From Macrostomum lignano (taxonomy: Eukaryota): a DNA stretch of 64,000 nucleotides. Location of the stretch: NCBI GenBank assembly GCA_002269645.1, contig NIVC01000992.1, positions 124,001 to 188,000 on the forward strand. The letters run 5' to 3'. Shown here one piece after another: positions 37,039-50,939 of the stretch. The first letter of the stretch is position 1. Each line of letters starts with the position of its first letter. Position numbers and translations under genes: made by a program. The notes under the pieces are model-generated. The model saw nothing but the letters and a program-made list of their open reading frames with translations. It did not search any database and had not been told where the DNA came from.

Positions 37039-37227
37039 CTACCGATCGCCATATCCTCCGGGGTCGGGATAGTCGCCGTAGGACCCGGCGCTGCCACCGG
37101 CCTCGCCGTCCATCTGGCCGGCAACGGCGGCGGCGGCAGTCTTGGCGGCGTACATGTTGGCCTCCTCCTGGGCTTTGCCGATGTTCTTCTTGTACCGGAT
37201 GCGCTTGTTGCCGAACCAGTTGGACAC
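37039..37227 (-). CDS. pbx: Pbx/extradenticle exon 4 (homeodomain helix 3 + C-tail)
   Basis: CGCAG|[31 protein letters not shown]...GGYGDR-TAG. The end could instead be a donor (CG|GTAGTA at 37042) to a further small exon. Confidence 0.95.
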   Translation of the reverse strand: MSNWFGNKRIRYKKNIGKAQEEANMYAAKTAAAAVAGQMDGEAGGSAGSYGDYPDPGGYGDR

Positions 37228-37314
37228 CTGCGCGTGGTGGTGGGTGGCGCTTTTGCTGAGGTAAATAGCTAAACTAACCAGAAGGGAGCAAACTTACTGA
37301 ACTACTGTTACTGT

Positions 37315-37528
37315 GCCAGCACCAGTGGCGCCAGCACCAAGGGGCGCCAGCACCAAGGGGCGCCAGCACCAAGGGGCGCCAGCACCAAGGGGCGCCAGCA
37401 CCAAGGGGCGCCAGCACCAAGGGGCGCCAGCACCAAGGGGCGCCAGCACCAAGGGGCGCCAGCACCAAGGGGCGCCAGCACCAAGGGGCGCCAGCACCAA
37501 GGGGCGCCAGCACCAAGGGGCGCCAGCA
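37315..37528. repeat. 16-bp minisatellite (CCAGCACCAAGGGGCG), about 13 copies
   Basis: Pbx intron 3; near-perfect units. Confidence 0.95.
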
Positions 37529-37634
37529 GTTTAATTTGGTGGCGGACTGGCCCCCAAAGCCACTACAATATGGCGCTATTTACAACTGGTCCCTGCGCCG
37601 CCCCTTGCCCTCAGCGACTATGTTACATTGATCA

Positions 37635-37895
<261 letters not shown>

Positions 37896-38059
37896 TTAAT
37901 ATTCATTATTAATGCGGAGTTGTTGTCAACGCCTAGATAAAACGACTAAAACGCTTTCATTTTGTTAGACGTGGGTCAGCTAACCTAGAGAACTTGGGAG
38001 ACGGAAGAGAAATTAGAGTAACGAAAGGCGAAAAATATAGGAGAATCGAGGAAAGATGA

Positions 38060-39680
38060 AATGGAAGAGGAGAAAACAGGGAAGAGGAGAGAAGAGGGGA
38101 GAGGAGAGAAGAGGGAAGAGGGGAGAAGAGGAAAGAGGAGAGAAGAGGGAAGAGGAGAGAAGAGGGGAGAGGAGAGAAGAGGGAAGAGGGGAGAAGAGGA
38201 AAGAGGAGAGAAGAGGGAAGAGGAGAGAAGAGGGAAGAGGAGAGAAGAGGAAAGAGGAGAGAAGAGGGGAGAGGAGAGAAGAGGGAAGAGGGGAGAAGAG
38301 GGAAGAGGAGAGAAGAGGGAAGAGGAGAGAAGAGGAGAGAAGAGGAAAGAGGAGAGAAGAGGGAAGAGGAGAGAAGAGGGAAGAGGAGAGAAGAGGGAAG
38401 AGGAGAGAAGAGGGGAGAGGAGAGAAGAGGGAAGAGGGGAGAAGAGGGAAGAGGAGAGAAGAGGGGAGAGGAGAGAAGAGGGAAGAGGAGAGAAGAGGAA
38501 AGAGGAGAGAAGAGGGAAGAGAAGAGAAGAGGAAAGAGGAGAGAAGAGGGAAGAGGAGAGAAGAGGAAAGAGGAGAGAAGAGGGAAGAGGAGAGAAGAGG
38601 GAAGAGGAGAGAAGAGGGAAGAGGAGAGAAGATGGGAGAGGAGAGAAGGGGGAAGAGGAGAGAAGGGGGAAGAGGAGAGAAGAGGGGAGAGGAGAGAAGA
38701 GGGAAGAGGAGAGAAGAGGGGAGAGGAGAGAAGAAGGAAGAGGGGAGAAGAGGAGAGAAGGAAGAGGAGAGAAGAGGGAAGAGGAGAGAAGAGGGGAGAG
38801 GAGAGAAGAGGGAAGAGGGGAGAAGAGGGAAGAGGAGAGAAGAGGGGAGAGGAGAGAAGAGGGAAGAGGAGAGAAGAGGAAAGAGGAGAGAAGAGGGAAG
38901 AGAAGAGAAGAGGAAAGAGGAGAGAAGAGGGAAGAGGAGAGAAGAGGAAAGAGGAGAGAAGAGGGAAGAGGAGAGAAGAGGGAAGAGGAGAGAAGATGGG
39001 AGAGGAGAGAAGGGGGAAGAGGAGAGAAGGGGGAAGAGGAGAGAAGAGGGGAGAGGAGAGAAGAGGGAAGAGGAGAGAAGAGGAGAGAGGAGAGAAGAAG
39101 GAAGAGGGGAGAAGAGGAGAGAAGAAGGAAGAGGAGAGAAGAGGGAAGAGGAGAGAGGAGAGAAGAGGGAAGAGGAGAGAAGAGGGAAGAGGAGAGAAGA
39201 GGGAAGAGGAGAGAAGAGGGGAGAGGAGAGAAGAAGGAAGAGGGGAGAAGAGGGAAGAGGAGAGAAGAGGGGAGAGGAGAGAAGAAGGAAGAGAGAAGAG
39301 GGAAGAGGAGAGAAGAGGGAAGAGGAGAGAAGAGGGGAGAGGAGAGAAGAAGGAAGAGGGGAGAAGAGGGAAGAGGAGAGAAGAGGGGAGAGGAGAGAAG
39401 AAGGAAGAGGGGAGAAGAGGGAAGAGGAGAGAAGAGGGAAGAGGAGAGAAGAGGGAAGAGGAGAGAAGAGGGGAGAGGAGAGAAGAAGGAAGAGGGGAGA
39501 AGAGGGAAGAGGAGAGAAGAGGGGAGAGGAGAGAAGAAGGAAGAGGAGAGAAGAAGGAAGAGGAGAGAAGAGGGAAGAGGAGAGAAGAGGGGAGAGGAGA
39601 GAAGAAGGAAGAGGGGAGAAGAGGGAAGAGGAGAGAAGAGGGGAGAGGAGAGAAGAAGGAAGAGGGGAGAAGAGAGAATA
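38060..39680. repeat. About 1.6-kb almost pure-purine (GA-rich) satellite
   Basis: GAAGAGG(G)GAGAGGAGA-type units; Pbx intron 2; source of the E/R/G/K and L/S/P/F ORFs. Confidence 0.97.
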
Positions 39681-39895
39681 TAGAATTGGAGAAGGGAGAA
39701 AATAAAAAACCTCGAGCGGACGGGATTTTTATTGCTAAGTTTCAAAGGACCCGACGGCCGGGTGGAGACTTTTGCCGACACCTGCTATTAAAATAGAACA
39801 TGCCCATTTTTACCTATTCTGTGCCATTTAGCATGATAATTGAATGCCATATTTTATAATCCATACTTAAACGGCATCAAATCTGCAAATCTCAC

Positions 39896-40355
39896 CTGAA
39901 ACTTCTTCCTAATAATCGCCACCATTCGTTCAATCTCTTTAGACGTGATAGGCCTAGTCCTACTCTGCTCTCGAAGCAGATTAACAACGTGCGTAGTGAA
40001 CTCGTTACAGGCGGTCTCGTATTTTTCTAACTCGGCCCTGTAGATTGCCCGAATCTGGTCGAGCTTCTGCCTGTAGTCGCTGTGCTCAATCTGCGACTCG
40101 CTACCGCTGCCGGCGCCGCCTCCGCTGCTGCCACCGGTCAGACTGGGCTTCTCAGGCCCGGACACGCCCTCAGCCTGTAGCATATTATCTAAACGAAGAA
40201 TCTGTGGATCAGCGTTAGCTCCGGAATCGTCCAGTTCTGAGCCCGGCTGGCACTGCCGCAGGCTGATAGCGGATGAGAGGCCCTGTTTCTCTTTGATTTC
40301 GCACAGCACTGAGAATAGGGCCGGCTTCAATGGGTGACAGTTCAGGTGCTGCTTT
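39896..40355 (-). CDS. pbx: Pbx exon 2 (PBC-A/PBC-B)
   Basis: TATCCAG|[24 protein letters not shown]...[21 protein letters not shown]...[10 protein letters not shown]...[21 protein letters not shown]...KKFQ|GTGAGA. Confidence 0.97.
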
Positions 40356-40490
40356 CTGGATAAATGATATGCATTGGCGGCTAATGTTTTAGTTTGTGTG
40401 CACTTTTGTGTTTCTTGTACTTTTAAATTCTAGCTCATTTATACACAATAGTAAAGGTCAGGAAAGTTTCTGTCTCTACAACAATTAATA

Positions 40491-40804
40491 ACTAAAATTT
40501 GACTGCCAATTATTTTTAAGGTTGAGGGTTAGGTTAGGATTAGGGTTATGGTTTAGGTTAGGGTTAGGATTTAGGTTAGGGTTATCTGGTTATGGTTTAG
40601 GTTAGGATTAGGATTGGGATTTAAGTTAGGGTTATGGTTAGGATTTAGGTTAGGGTTATGGTTTAGGTTAGTGTTAGGTTAGGGTTTCAATACAGTTATG
40701 GTTAAAATTAGCTCTTAGCTTTTAGTCTAGGTTAGGATTTAGGTTAGGGTTACAGTTTAGATAAGGATTTAGACTAGGTTTAGGGTTGACAGTCAATTTT
40801 TGGT
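40491..40804. repeat. Degenerate interstitial telomere-like array (TTAGGG/TTAGG variants) bounded by short imperfect inverted repeats
   Basis: Array at 40520-40785; flanks ACTAAAATTTGACTGCCAA / TTGACAGTCAATTTTTGGT. Confidence 0.75.
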
Positions 40805-41087
40805 AGTGGACTTATAGCGCTTCCAAAGTTTCATTATATCAAAGACTACTAGTTTAGTAAGGATAGTGTGTACTACCATTTTTGAAATGGCCAATTTTTA
40901 AATGCTTTATAGTAGAGTAAATTTTAGATGGACTGATTCTTGTATCATTCTCTTTGCAATATTTTTATGCATCTTCATACCCTCTATAGTAGTCTGTAGT
41001 ATTAGATGCAGTTTGTAGTGTTAAAGTTGTTAGGCAATTATCTATTAAAAATTCTGCACAAAAGAACAAAACAACAATTCAGCTTAC

Positions 41088-41251
41088 CTCTGCTGTGCTT
41101 CTTCCAAAGTGAGATCAGAAATAGTCATAATATTCTTAAGTACTTCAGCCATTTCTAGTTTACGTGACTGATCTGCATCACTATGCCCCATTGGGGTTAG
41201 ACTTGAGTCACCCATGCCATGATAAGCAAAGCTATGATGTTGGTCCTCCAT
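41088..41251 (-). CDS. pbx: Pbx exon 1
   Basis: MEDQHHSF...RKLEMAEVLKNIMTISDLTLEEAQQ AG|GTAAGC; parallels PBX1 MDEQ...[26 protein letters not shown]. Four exons give about 340 aa. Confidence 0.92.
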
Positions 41252-44200
41252 TGTAATATTGCTAATTGTATTTAATTTGAAGATTAGCAGTTCTGCAATT
41301 TGATATATTGAATAAGTATTCCATTTAACATTTGTTCCATACATGAAGAAAATTACCATAAAAAATGGTATATCATAGCACTAATATGAAAGTATTTAGG
41401 GTACAAATCAACTCATTCATCAGTTAATAAGCAGAAAGTTTTAACTATATTTTGTGTTTAACACTAGCATTAATTTAGATTATAGTTAGAGCTACTAAAA
41501 ATTATGTTATTTCTATGGAATAAACAAGAATGTCTAGCTAGTTAGCATATCAGAAAGAATATTAATTAAATGCTACAAAAGGTAGAACATATACTTTTTG
41601 ATGAAGCACTATATTGTTAATTAAGCACTATATTGTTTAAAAATATATAAAGTCAATAGAAATGACCTATATAAAGAATTTTTTATATATTAAAATAATT
41701 CATGTATCTTATAATTTTATAGCTAAATAAACTACTTGGACTACAGTTGAAATCACACTTTTAATGAGTAGCTATAGACATTATATTGCTAAACACTACA
41801 AAACAAAACTCTGCTGTACAATTAAACATTAAGATTTTAAGGTTACTGTTTTTTGTCTACATATTTTTTGACAAAGTATTTTTAGTCTAAATCAGATTAG
41901 CATTAATAGATAATCTTAAAGCAATCCATTTTCTCATATATTCCATTCATTTTCTTATAGATATTATATAGCTAACGTGACTACCAAAAGATGAATAAAT
42001 ATATGTTTTGCTACTATGAATTGCAAGGACTATAATAATTTTTGGCTACTTGACTATAGCTGCATTTATTGCATTTTTATCAAAGTCTCTGTAATCTACA
42101 TTTTCTTATTACAATAGCCATTAGTGTTCTATTGCCATATGTCCATAGCCATAGCTTAGCCATACCAAATTTTATAATGTCATCTCTATAGCAACATTTT
42201 ATAATAGTTTAGATAGTAAAATCTCTATATTACAAATTTTCCTACAGCCAAATTTTGCTTAAAAGGTATCACCCCGAGTTTTTTTATAACTATAGCTATA
42301 ACATAAAAAATAATAATAAAACTGCAAATGAAATTAGAGAAAGGCTAAATATGTTATATACCTGTGTCATATATCTAGGAAGTATAGTATTATCTAGAAA
42401 TTAAAATATTTAATTTTCAGAACCTTTGAAACTTAAATTTAAATTTTATTTTAGGCATGACTAAAATAAAATTAAAAGGTATGACTCCATTCCCAAATCT
42501 TACATATATGCTATGCTAGAAAATTCTGGCATAAAACAGACCCAAAAAGCTGGCATAAAATATCTAGCCTAAAGAACAATCAGCAAGAAATTGTTCTATA
42601 GAGCCAGCATATGCCGTAGCTATTGGTATACAAATGACCAAATGTTGATAAGCAAGATTGCAAGAAAGCGTCTTATATTGCTGTAACTTACAAAAAACGT
42701 TCCTTTATTGTTACAATGCTTTTTTGAAAATGTCTAGCATAGATCACAAGTAAATTTGTTCTCTGGCATAAATTTGAATTTATATAGTATAGCCATAGGT
42801 CATTTTTTTGAGCATACCATGTAACCTAATAGACTTGAAAGTGTGTAAGTATGACTTGCTAAAGGCCTAGGGTCCAGATTGTGGAATAGTGTATATTGGA
42901 ACAATAATCTTATCTTAGCTAAATGTATGCCAATTTATACCAAAATATCCTTAAAATATATACCAAAAATTTTAATTTTTTCTTAAAAAGGTCATTTGGT
43001 TTTTTTACAAGTTGAGTTTTTTTAAGAAAGGCTTTTATATGAAAAGACTTTTTTAAATATTATAATTTTTTATTTTTGGGCCTAAACAAACTTAAATTAT
43101 ACCTATAAAAATAATAACATAAAATTTACATTTTAGCAATAATTTTTACTATTTTTTTTGTTTAATTTACAGAAGCAAAAAGTTTATTACTGACTTTATA
43201 GACTGTACAAATTTTCCTTAATTTTATGTAAAAACATTAATTTATATTAAAATTTTCATGCACAGCATGAATTTGTATGCCAAGATTTTTATGCAAAAAC
43301 ATTTGGCATGAATTTTTAGTATACACCAAAATATTGCATGAATTTATACATGAAAATTGGCCTACAATAGGGACTTCAGTGAGTTATAAGAAGTGCGTGC
43401 CAATGGCAAAAAAGTAAGAAAAAAGTCCAATTTTTCAAGGGCGATTTTAAAGAAACTATAGAAGCCAGGATGAAAGTAAAATATGCATTTAAAAGGTAAA
43501 AAGGAGCTCTTTCAAATGACACCAACTGTAAGTCTAGCTTTGTTATACTTTTTGCACTGTCTATTTTTAAAGTTGACAATTTTTTGGGAGGAATATAAAA
43601 TTGAAGCCAAAATGAATAAAAAAACAGTGGTTCAGAAAATGCTTTTTCTTAGCTGCAATGTGTTTCTTATAATGGAAACAAAGGTTTTATAGTGTAAAGG
43701 GATAATTTAGAAACATTTTTCTGGTGTTAAAAAAAATTTTTTTTTTCTTTTAATGCCCATATGGCTCTATGCAAAATTTCAAATCCAAAATTTTCCATGA
43801 AATCCTTTTCCTGCATTGTTTCTCTTTATATTTTTCATTACCTATTGACAATACAAGCACAGTAAAAAAAACCGCTTGCCAATAGCTATAGGCGCAAAAA
43901 TTTTGTGGAGGTTTCTTTTTTTGATACGTTTACATGTAAAATACCCATTGAAACGTGTATTTCGTGTTTTTTGTGAGACTCTGCCTTCCGGCAAACTAGT
44001 TCTCTGTGTCATTTAACTAATTCTGCTATGCTGAACACGATAGACAAAACCGTTTTTTAATAAACCCATGCGCAAAGCCTGTACAGCACATTACATTGCA
44101 GTTGGGGTGTCTGTCATGCATTAAAAATTTAGGGCAAGAAGTAGAATAGCATTATAGTAGGTAAAAACCTGAACAAAATGACACTAGCCTTGTATAAATT

Positions 44201-45135
44201 AAGCAAGCAGAACAGATGCTATTGTATTTTTAAAATTGCAATCATTGCGTATCTGGTTAAAATAGTCAAAATTTCATACACCCATCCTGTTTCAATTAGC
44301 TTAGCAACTTGGGCATATAAAATAATATTAAAATATATAATTCATACAATTAACACTAAAAAACTGAACAAAATGACACCAAGCACAGTCATTTTGGTTG
44401 GCTAGAAAATTAATTACAAGTGTTCAAAGACAAAAAGCCAACTTTTTGGCCAAAAATGATCACAAACCGTAATGTAAAAATTCCATTGGCTAAAGGCACA
44501 AATCGGGGTTACTAAAATAGCTGTAGTTTCCTTATTACTCAACCAAATCACTAAAGTTTGGCCATTTTGGAAATGGGAAAGTAAGATCTATCTAGTGAAA
44601 TAGCAGCCTATAACAATTTCTGAAATTTAATTTTCTCACTGAAGTGCCTACCTACAACAAGGCCTATGCCAACTTTTAAAGGGGTCATTTGTATGCTGGA
44701 ATTTTCTGGCATACATGTAACTTTCTAGAGTCTAGCTATAGGCCCAATTACAAAGAAGAATAAAAACTAAAAGCAAAAACTAAAGTAAAAACTAAATAAA
44801 AACTAAAAACAACATTATTTTTGTTTTAAAAAAGTTAGAAGTACTATATAAAATACTTGAACTTGAATTGCATTATAGGTTAGATTGTACATTATATATC
44901 AAGAGCCTAGAAAAAAAATCTGCAAAACAATTTGTATTTTTGCTAGAAGAATTCATATAATCATTGCATTTATTCATTTAAATATAGCTATACTATGAAA
45001 TTTACATTTCTTAGCCTATAGCAATGGTAATATTAGCTGAGACTAGTTCCAAATATTTCAAATTTAAGGCTTATTAAAGTTCCCTTACTAGGCCTTAGAC
45101 TTTAAGCTTTAAACTTTAGGCCTAATACTATACAA

Positions 45136-45346
45136 CAGTGGTTCTCAACCTATAGGTCACAACCCCTAATGGGGTTGCATGACCATTTTCTGGAGGTTGC
45201 AACACTAAGAAATGTGTGAGTATGTCATACTTATTGATGTATTATATTGAGTATAAAAGGGGTCACAAACATAAAAAAATGATTCAAGTGAATAAATATA
45301 AATTAGGCCTAGGCCTAGGATTGCCTAAAAAGGTTGAGAACTGCTG
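45136..45346. mobile_element. hAT-Charlie-like MITE (211 bp)
   Basis: TIR CAGTGGTTCTCAACCT / AGGTTGAGAACTGCTG (2 mismatches); internal GGTCACAACCCC-TAAT-GGGGTTGCATGACC hairpin; TSD not intact. Confidence 0.7.
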
Positions 45347-47341
45347 CTAGGCCTATACAATATTTATATTTTTAATGAAGTTTGTGCATATGCACTAATG
45401 CACATTCACATTGAAGTTTTTTAGGCCTACTTTCTACACAGAATGGATTATTTGCTTTTGGGATAAATTTCCACCTTAGCTTAGACTAGGCCTGAGTCTG
45501 AGCTGAAGCCCCTAACTAATATTAGGCCCTAACTAATAATAGCATAGGCCCTACTCTACTAGAACCACCAAGGCCTACAATATGCAAAATGCAGAGACAA
45601 AAGTGTAGATAGGCCTATAAATTAACTCCTATGGCACCTAATATATATAATCAGGAAACCAGCAAAAGCAAGGCAACTAGCTCGTAATATTGTCGATGCT
45701 GGTATCCGAGATCGAGATGTAGGCCTAACACTAAACAAAGTGGGCTTTCACTTACACTAAAGTGAATTTTTCACTTCATTTTCCATTTTAATTTTTTTAA
45801 TTTTCACTTGTTAAATGTAAAGTGGTAAAGACAACCTGGACAGTGGGTGGTTAAGCCCTAATGGTTCAGAAATTTACTTCAGTAGTCCAAATAAAATATA
45901 AATTATAAAGAAATCAACCACTTTAATTAAAGTCACTGAAGGTGAAATTCTGTCCAGAATGTTGACTGCTGAAGATTTATTGGAGGATTTTAAAAACGTC
46001 AGCCTAAATTTATTATTAAAGAAGATGATATTAAATTTCTTGCCGAATCTATCGTATGTAAACAAAATTTCTTTCTGTATATATTGTTGAAAATTTAGAA
46101 AATGTAAACTATAGCTATTATTAAAGGAAAAATTTTAAAGTAAATAATATTGTTTAAACTTTTTTTAAGTCAGTCAATGAAACTAAAGTTTTTGGAATTT
46201 TGAAAATTGCTTTCTTTTATCGAGTTCATATATAGCCTGTGATCATGTCATGACCCGCCTGATCGAGTTGGATCGAGAAATATAAAATTCTAAATTTTAT
46301 AACGAGAAGATTAATTTTTTATCTGGGGATCGAGGATCCAATTAGAAACAATGCTAGAATTTGATAATCTCAAAATAACTTTAAAACATTTTTAAACCCT
46401 CCTAAACACTATACTAAGCTGTAGTTACGTTACTGTGGGCTCCAAAATATGCTCTATGCATACATTCAAGTTTTCAACTAAATATAATATACTAAATCTC
46501 TTATCCTTGACCTTGGCATGTGCTATAATTACCTTTCAAAGCAACTCGAGTAAAGTATAACCTTAAAGCAGTTAGCATTAAAGATCTATCTAGATATCTG
46601 CTACAATGCTACATGAAATTCTAGATGCTTTTGGACTGATATATTCATGCATTTTTACTATCTACTTTAGTTGTCCTGATTGTAGGATTTTCATGCAGAC
46701 ACTTAACATTTTAAATGTTTTTGAGGGATATAATTTAATTAAAATTGAGAGTCTTGACTTCAGTTATGTAACTTATGTTCAGTAACCAAATCGACTTTCT
46801 AACTACCTAGCCAAATTTTTGAAGTTTACAGCTGAGCTAAAATTACAAAGTGTCACTTTTGCAATATTATTTATAGTCATAGTATTGCATAAAGAATTAC
46901 TCAAACCCCCAAATCTCAAGTTTTGGCACTGCAAATTTAGCAACCTTTAAAGCTTATGACTTCATGACTCATATGGGTGGGTTTTATAGTATTTGTATTA
47001 TTTGTAATTGCTTTTGATTTTGATAATAGGTAATATCAATTTAAATCTATTTTATAAAATCAACATTTAGCCAAAATCGTAGCTTTATAGAAAATTTTGA
47101 TTTAAACTATAAAAAGTTACATTCCTCATTAATTTTTATAACAAATGTTGTTTTTCAAATGAATTTATAGTTAGACTAATAAATTAGTTAATTTTTTGTT
47201 TCAGCAATTTTTTCATACAAAATTTTTTTCAAAGTCGCTGATCTCTTTTAGGTACTTTTTGTCAAGGATTCAGCTTCCTGCTTATATAAAATATCATCAG
47301 GTTTCTATTAAAGTGAAATTGCAATTAAACTGATATTTCAG

Positions 47342-47857
47342 TCTGACTTGCAACAGCTTCTCCATACAGCTCGCTCAGTTGTTGAGCACCTGAAGGAGTT
47401 TAGTTCATCAACTTCAGCTTCAGAGGCATCCGATGCAGCCCAGTTATTGGCTGTGTCAGCCGAACGGATCCTGCAATTAGAGTCTCAGCGTGCCGAACTG
47501 CGCGCCCAAGCGCGCTCTTTAGCGCACGAGAATGCCAGCCTACGTTGCAGTCTAACCGACGCACAGGACGCCCTGCGTCAAACGGAATGCAGAGCCGCCG
47601 AAGTTGATGTCGAATGCGAACAGTTAAGATTTCTGCGCGAGTTAAAGAATTATTATTGCGCCCCTAATGGCAGTGGAAAAGCTGGTCCAAGCGATTCGTC
47701 AGCGAAATTTGAAGGATCATCGGCGACTTCAACTGCATCTGTGGCTGCTGTGTCCAGCAATTCCGCTTCAGCCGCTACTCCTTTGTCCTCATTTGCTTCG
47801 CTGGATTCCGCAGATTCCGAGGGTGTGCCAGTCCGACTGAGAAGCTTGCATCGAATG
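47342..47857 (+). CDS. klc: Kinesin light chain-like protein, heptad-repeat exon (start exon upstream, unresolved)
   Basis: TTTCAG|SDLQQLL...LESQRAELRAQARSLAHENASLRCSL...EQLRFLRELKNY...GVPVRLRSLHRM|GTGAGG; parallels KLC [25 protein letters not shown]...EIPARLRTLHNL. Candidate start exons near 45959-46053 are not resolved. Confidence 0.85.
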
Positions 47858-47983
47858 GTGAGGTTTGGACACAAGATATTGCTTTAGTGATAGCAGAAAC
47901 TCAGGGCCGTTGTAAAAGCCCGTGTGGCGTGTGCGTTGGTCATGGTCATTTCTACTTGCCTTCTGGCTTCTCGCTTAAAGTCC

Positions 47984-49055
47984 CAGAGGCGGATTTTGAA
48001 ATATAAAATGCGGAAAGGGCGGATTTTAACCATAAGAGTGGGGATGCTAGGCTACATTATACACTAGAGGGACACCATAATGTACACTAGAGGGGCGCCA
48101 TAATGTACACTAGAGGGGCGCCATAATGTACACTAGAGGGGCGCCATAATGTACACTAGAGGGGCGCCATAATGTACACTAGAAGGGCGCCATAACTTAC
48201 ACTAGAGGGACACCAAAATGTACACTAGAGGGACACTATAATGTACACTAGAGGGACACCATAATGTACACTAGAGGGGCGCCATAATGTACACTAGAGA
48301 GACACCATAATGTACACTAGAGGGGCGCCATAATATACACTAGAGGGACACCATAATGTACACTAGAGGGGCGCCATAATGTACACTAGAGGGGCGCCAT
48401 AATATACACTAGAGGGGCGCCATAATGTACACTAGAGGGACACCATAATGTACACTAGAGGGGCGCCATAATGTACACTAGAGGGGCGCCATAATGTACA
48501 CTAGAGGGGCGCCATAATATACACTAGAGGGGCGCCATAATGTACACTAGAGGGGCGCCATAATGTACACTAGAGGGGCGCCATAATGTACACTAGAGGG
48601 GCGCCATAATATACACTAGAGGGACACCATAATGTACACTAGAGGGACACCATAATGTACACTAGAGGGGCGCCATAATGTACACTAGAGGGGCGCCATA
48701 ATGTACACTAGAGGGGCGCCATAATATACACTAGAGGGGCACCATAATATACACTAGAGGGGCGCCATAATATACACTAGAGGGGCGCCATAATGAGCAA
48801 ACTGAAGGCGATAAGGATTTTTCTATGACTACCTGAGCTTATAGCATGAAGTTAGCGAGGCAACTTCTATGCTTTTGTTTTATGGCACTCCTGTGTCTCT
48901 TTCCCTGTTTTGGATTTAATAACTCCGTCCATTCAAAGTTTTATAGTTCTGAATTTGATCATATTTGAGACTGCCAGCACAAATAGAAAAAGGGGCGCCA
49001 TCACTGCCAGCCACAAGGGGAAGGCGGCCGCCCCCTCCCATTAAATCCGCCCCTA
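47984..49055. mobile_element. hAT-type MITE carrying a 23-bp minisatellite, in a KLC-like intron
   Basis: TIR CAGAGGCGGATTT / AAATCCGCCCCTA (11 of 13); perfect 8-bp TSD TAAAGTCC at 47976-47983 and 49056-49063. Confidence 0.88.
48058..48795. repeat. 23-bp minisatellite (TACACTAGAGGGGCGCCATAATG) inside the hAT MITE
   Basis: About 32 tandem units read directly. Confidence 0.95.
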
Positions 49056-49241
49056 TAAAGTCCCCTTGCAAACTAAGTAACTATACATAATTTAAAGGGG
49101 TTTTGCAGCGTTGACTGAAGAAGCGGGTAATTGTAAAGCCGACTGAGAATCTACTGCAGGATATAGAGGGCTCAGAGAGTCCCTCAAAACTTAATTAGCT
49201 ACCTGGGAATGTCTCTAAGATGGGTACTAATAAATGCGCAG

Positions 49242-49640
49242 GTTGGTCAATGCGTCAGTCTTGGCCGTCTGGACCTCGCCGCCGCGCTCTGCCAGCGCTC
49301 CTTGGCGCAGCTCCGACGCGACCCCGGTCCGGAGCATCCCGACCTGGCGGCCGCGTTAAGCCTCGCCTCTAGCGTCAGTCGTCGACGCAGCCGTCTAGCC
49401 GAAGCAGCGGCGCTCTGCTCCGAATCGCTGCGCATCCGGGAACGGGCCTACGGTAGCGACAGTCCGGCGGTGGCCGCCAGCCTCACTAATCTGGCCGCGC
49501 TGCAAGGCAGAATGGGCCGGCCAGCTGTGGCCGAGTCGCTCTGTGCGAGAGCTCTGGCTATTAGGGAGTCGCTACTCGGTAACCAGCACCCGGATGTTGC
49601 TAGGCAGCTGTGCGGATTAGCGGCGCTGTGCTTGAGTCAG
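49242..49640 (+). CDS. klc: KLC-like TPR exon
   Basis: GCGCAG|[21 protein letters not shown]...[11 protein letters not shown]...[15 protein letters not shown]...[26 protein letters not shown]...LCLSQ|GTGAGA; 42-aa KLC-type TPRs. Confidence 0.92.
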
Positions 49641-49669
49641 GTGAGAGTTATCTGCCAATGCTATCTATG

Positions 49670-50393
<724 letters not shown>

Positions 50394-50538
50394 CATTCTC
50401 TATTTGAAACAACCCAACAATGAAGAGATAATCATTCTAGCTAAAAGTACAAAATTCTGCTACCCCAGAAAACTGTAACCTCTATGAATATCCCGCTAAA
50501 AAGTTGTGAAAATTATCATAAATTTAACCCCCATACAG

Positions 50539-50793
50539 GGTCGAGCAACGGAAGCATCGAATCACTACAGACGAGCGACAGAAATCTACACGATTAGCCT
50601 TGGCTCCGAGCATCCGTCAACTGTGCGAACTCGATCGCAGATGGCCAGAGCTGCCGCCGCAGCCTCCGCCATCGCTGATGCAGAACCAGCTACAGAGTCC
50701 GGCTCTTTTCATCAGCAACAACAACTAAATAATAACAATGGTCGATTGGGCAATGGGCAGAATTGTGGCGGTTCAACTTCCGGACTTAAATAA
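50539..50793 (+). CDS. klc: KLC-like last exon
   Basis: CATACAG|GRATEASNHYRRATEIYTISLGSEHPSTVRTRSQMA...GLK-TAA; parallels GKYEEVEYYYQRALEIY..LG.DDPNVAKTKNNLA, then diverges and stops. Confidence 0.88.
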   Translation, partial: GRATEASNHYRRATEIYTISLGSEHPSTVRTRSQMARAAAAASAIADAEPATESGSFHQQQQLNNNNGRLGNGQNCGGSTSGLK

Positions 50794-50939
50794 ATTACTG
50801 TCTACCAGCTATTGTCTCAAAAAGCTATATAATCTTCCATGTTTTCCATAGCTAATGCAACTCTATTTCAAATATGGCTTCCATCCTCTCTGTCTCTGTG
50901 TACAGTGTAGCACAATCTATCGCAAATGAGAAAATGATT

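Noticed and set aside
37300-37625. MITE enclosing the 16-bp array
   Set aside because: The candidate ends (CAGTGGCG / CATAGTCG) and flanks match too poorly to call TIRs or a TSD.
37985-39796. 500-600-aa E/R/G/K-rich or L/S/P/F-rich ORFs
   Set aside because: A pure purine tract within Pbx intron 2; the same applies to ORFs at 58220-61615.
45959-46053. KLC start exon (MLTAEDLLEDFKN or PKFIIKEDDIKFLAESI)
   Set aside because: Two mutually exclusive candidates, each with one weak splice site; cannot choose between them.
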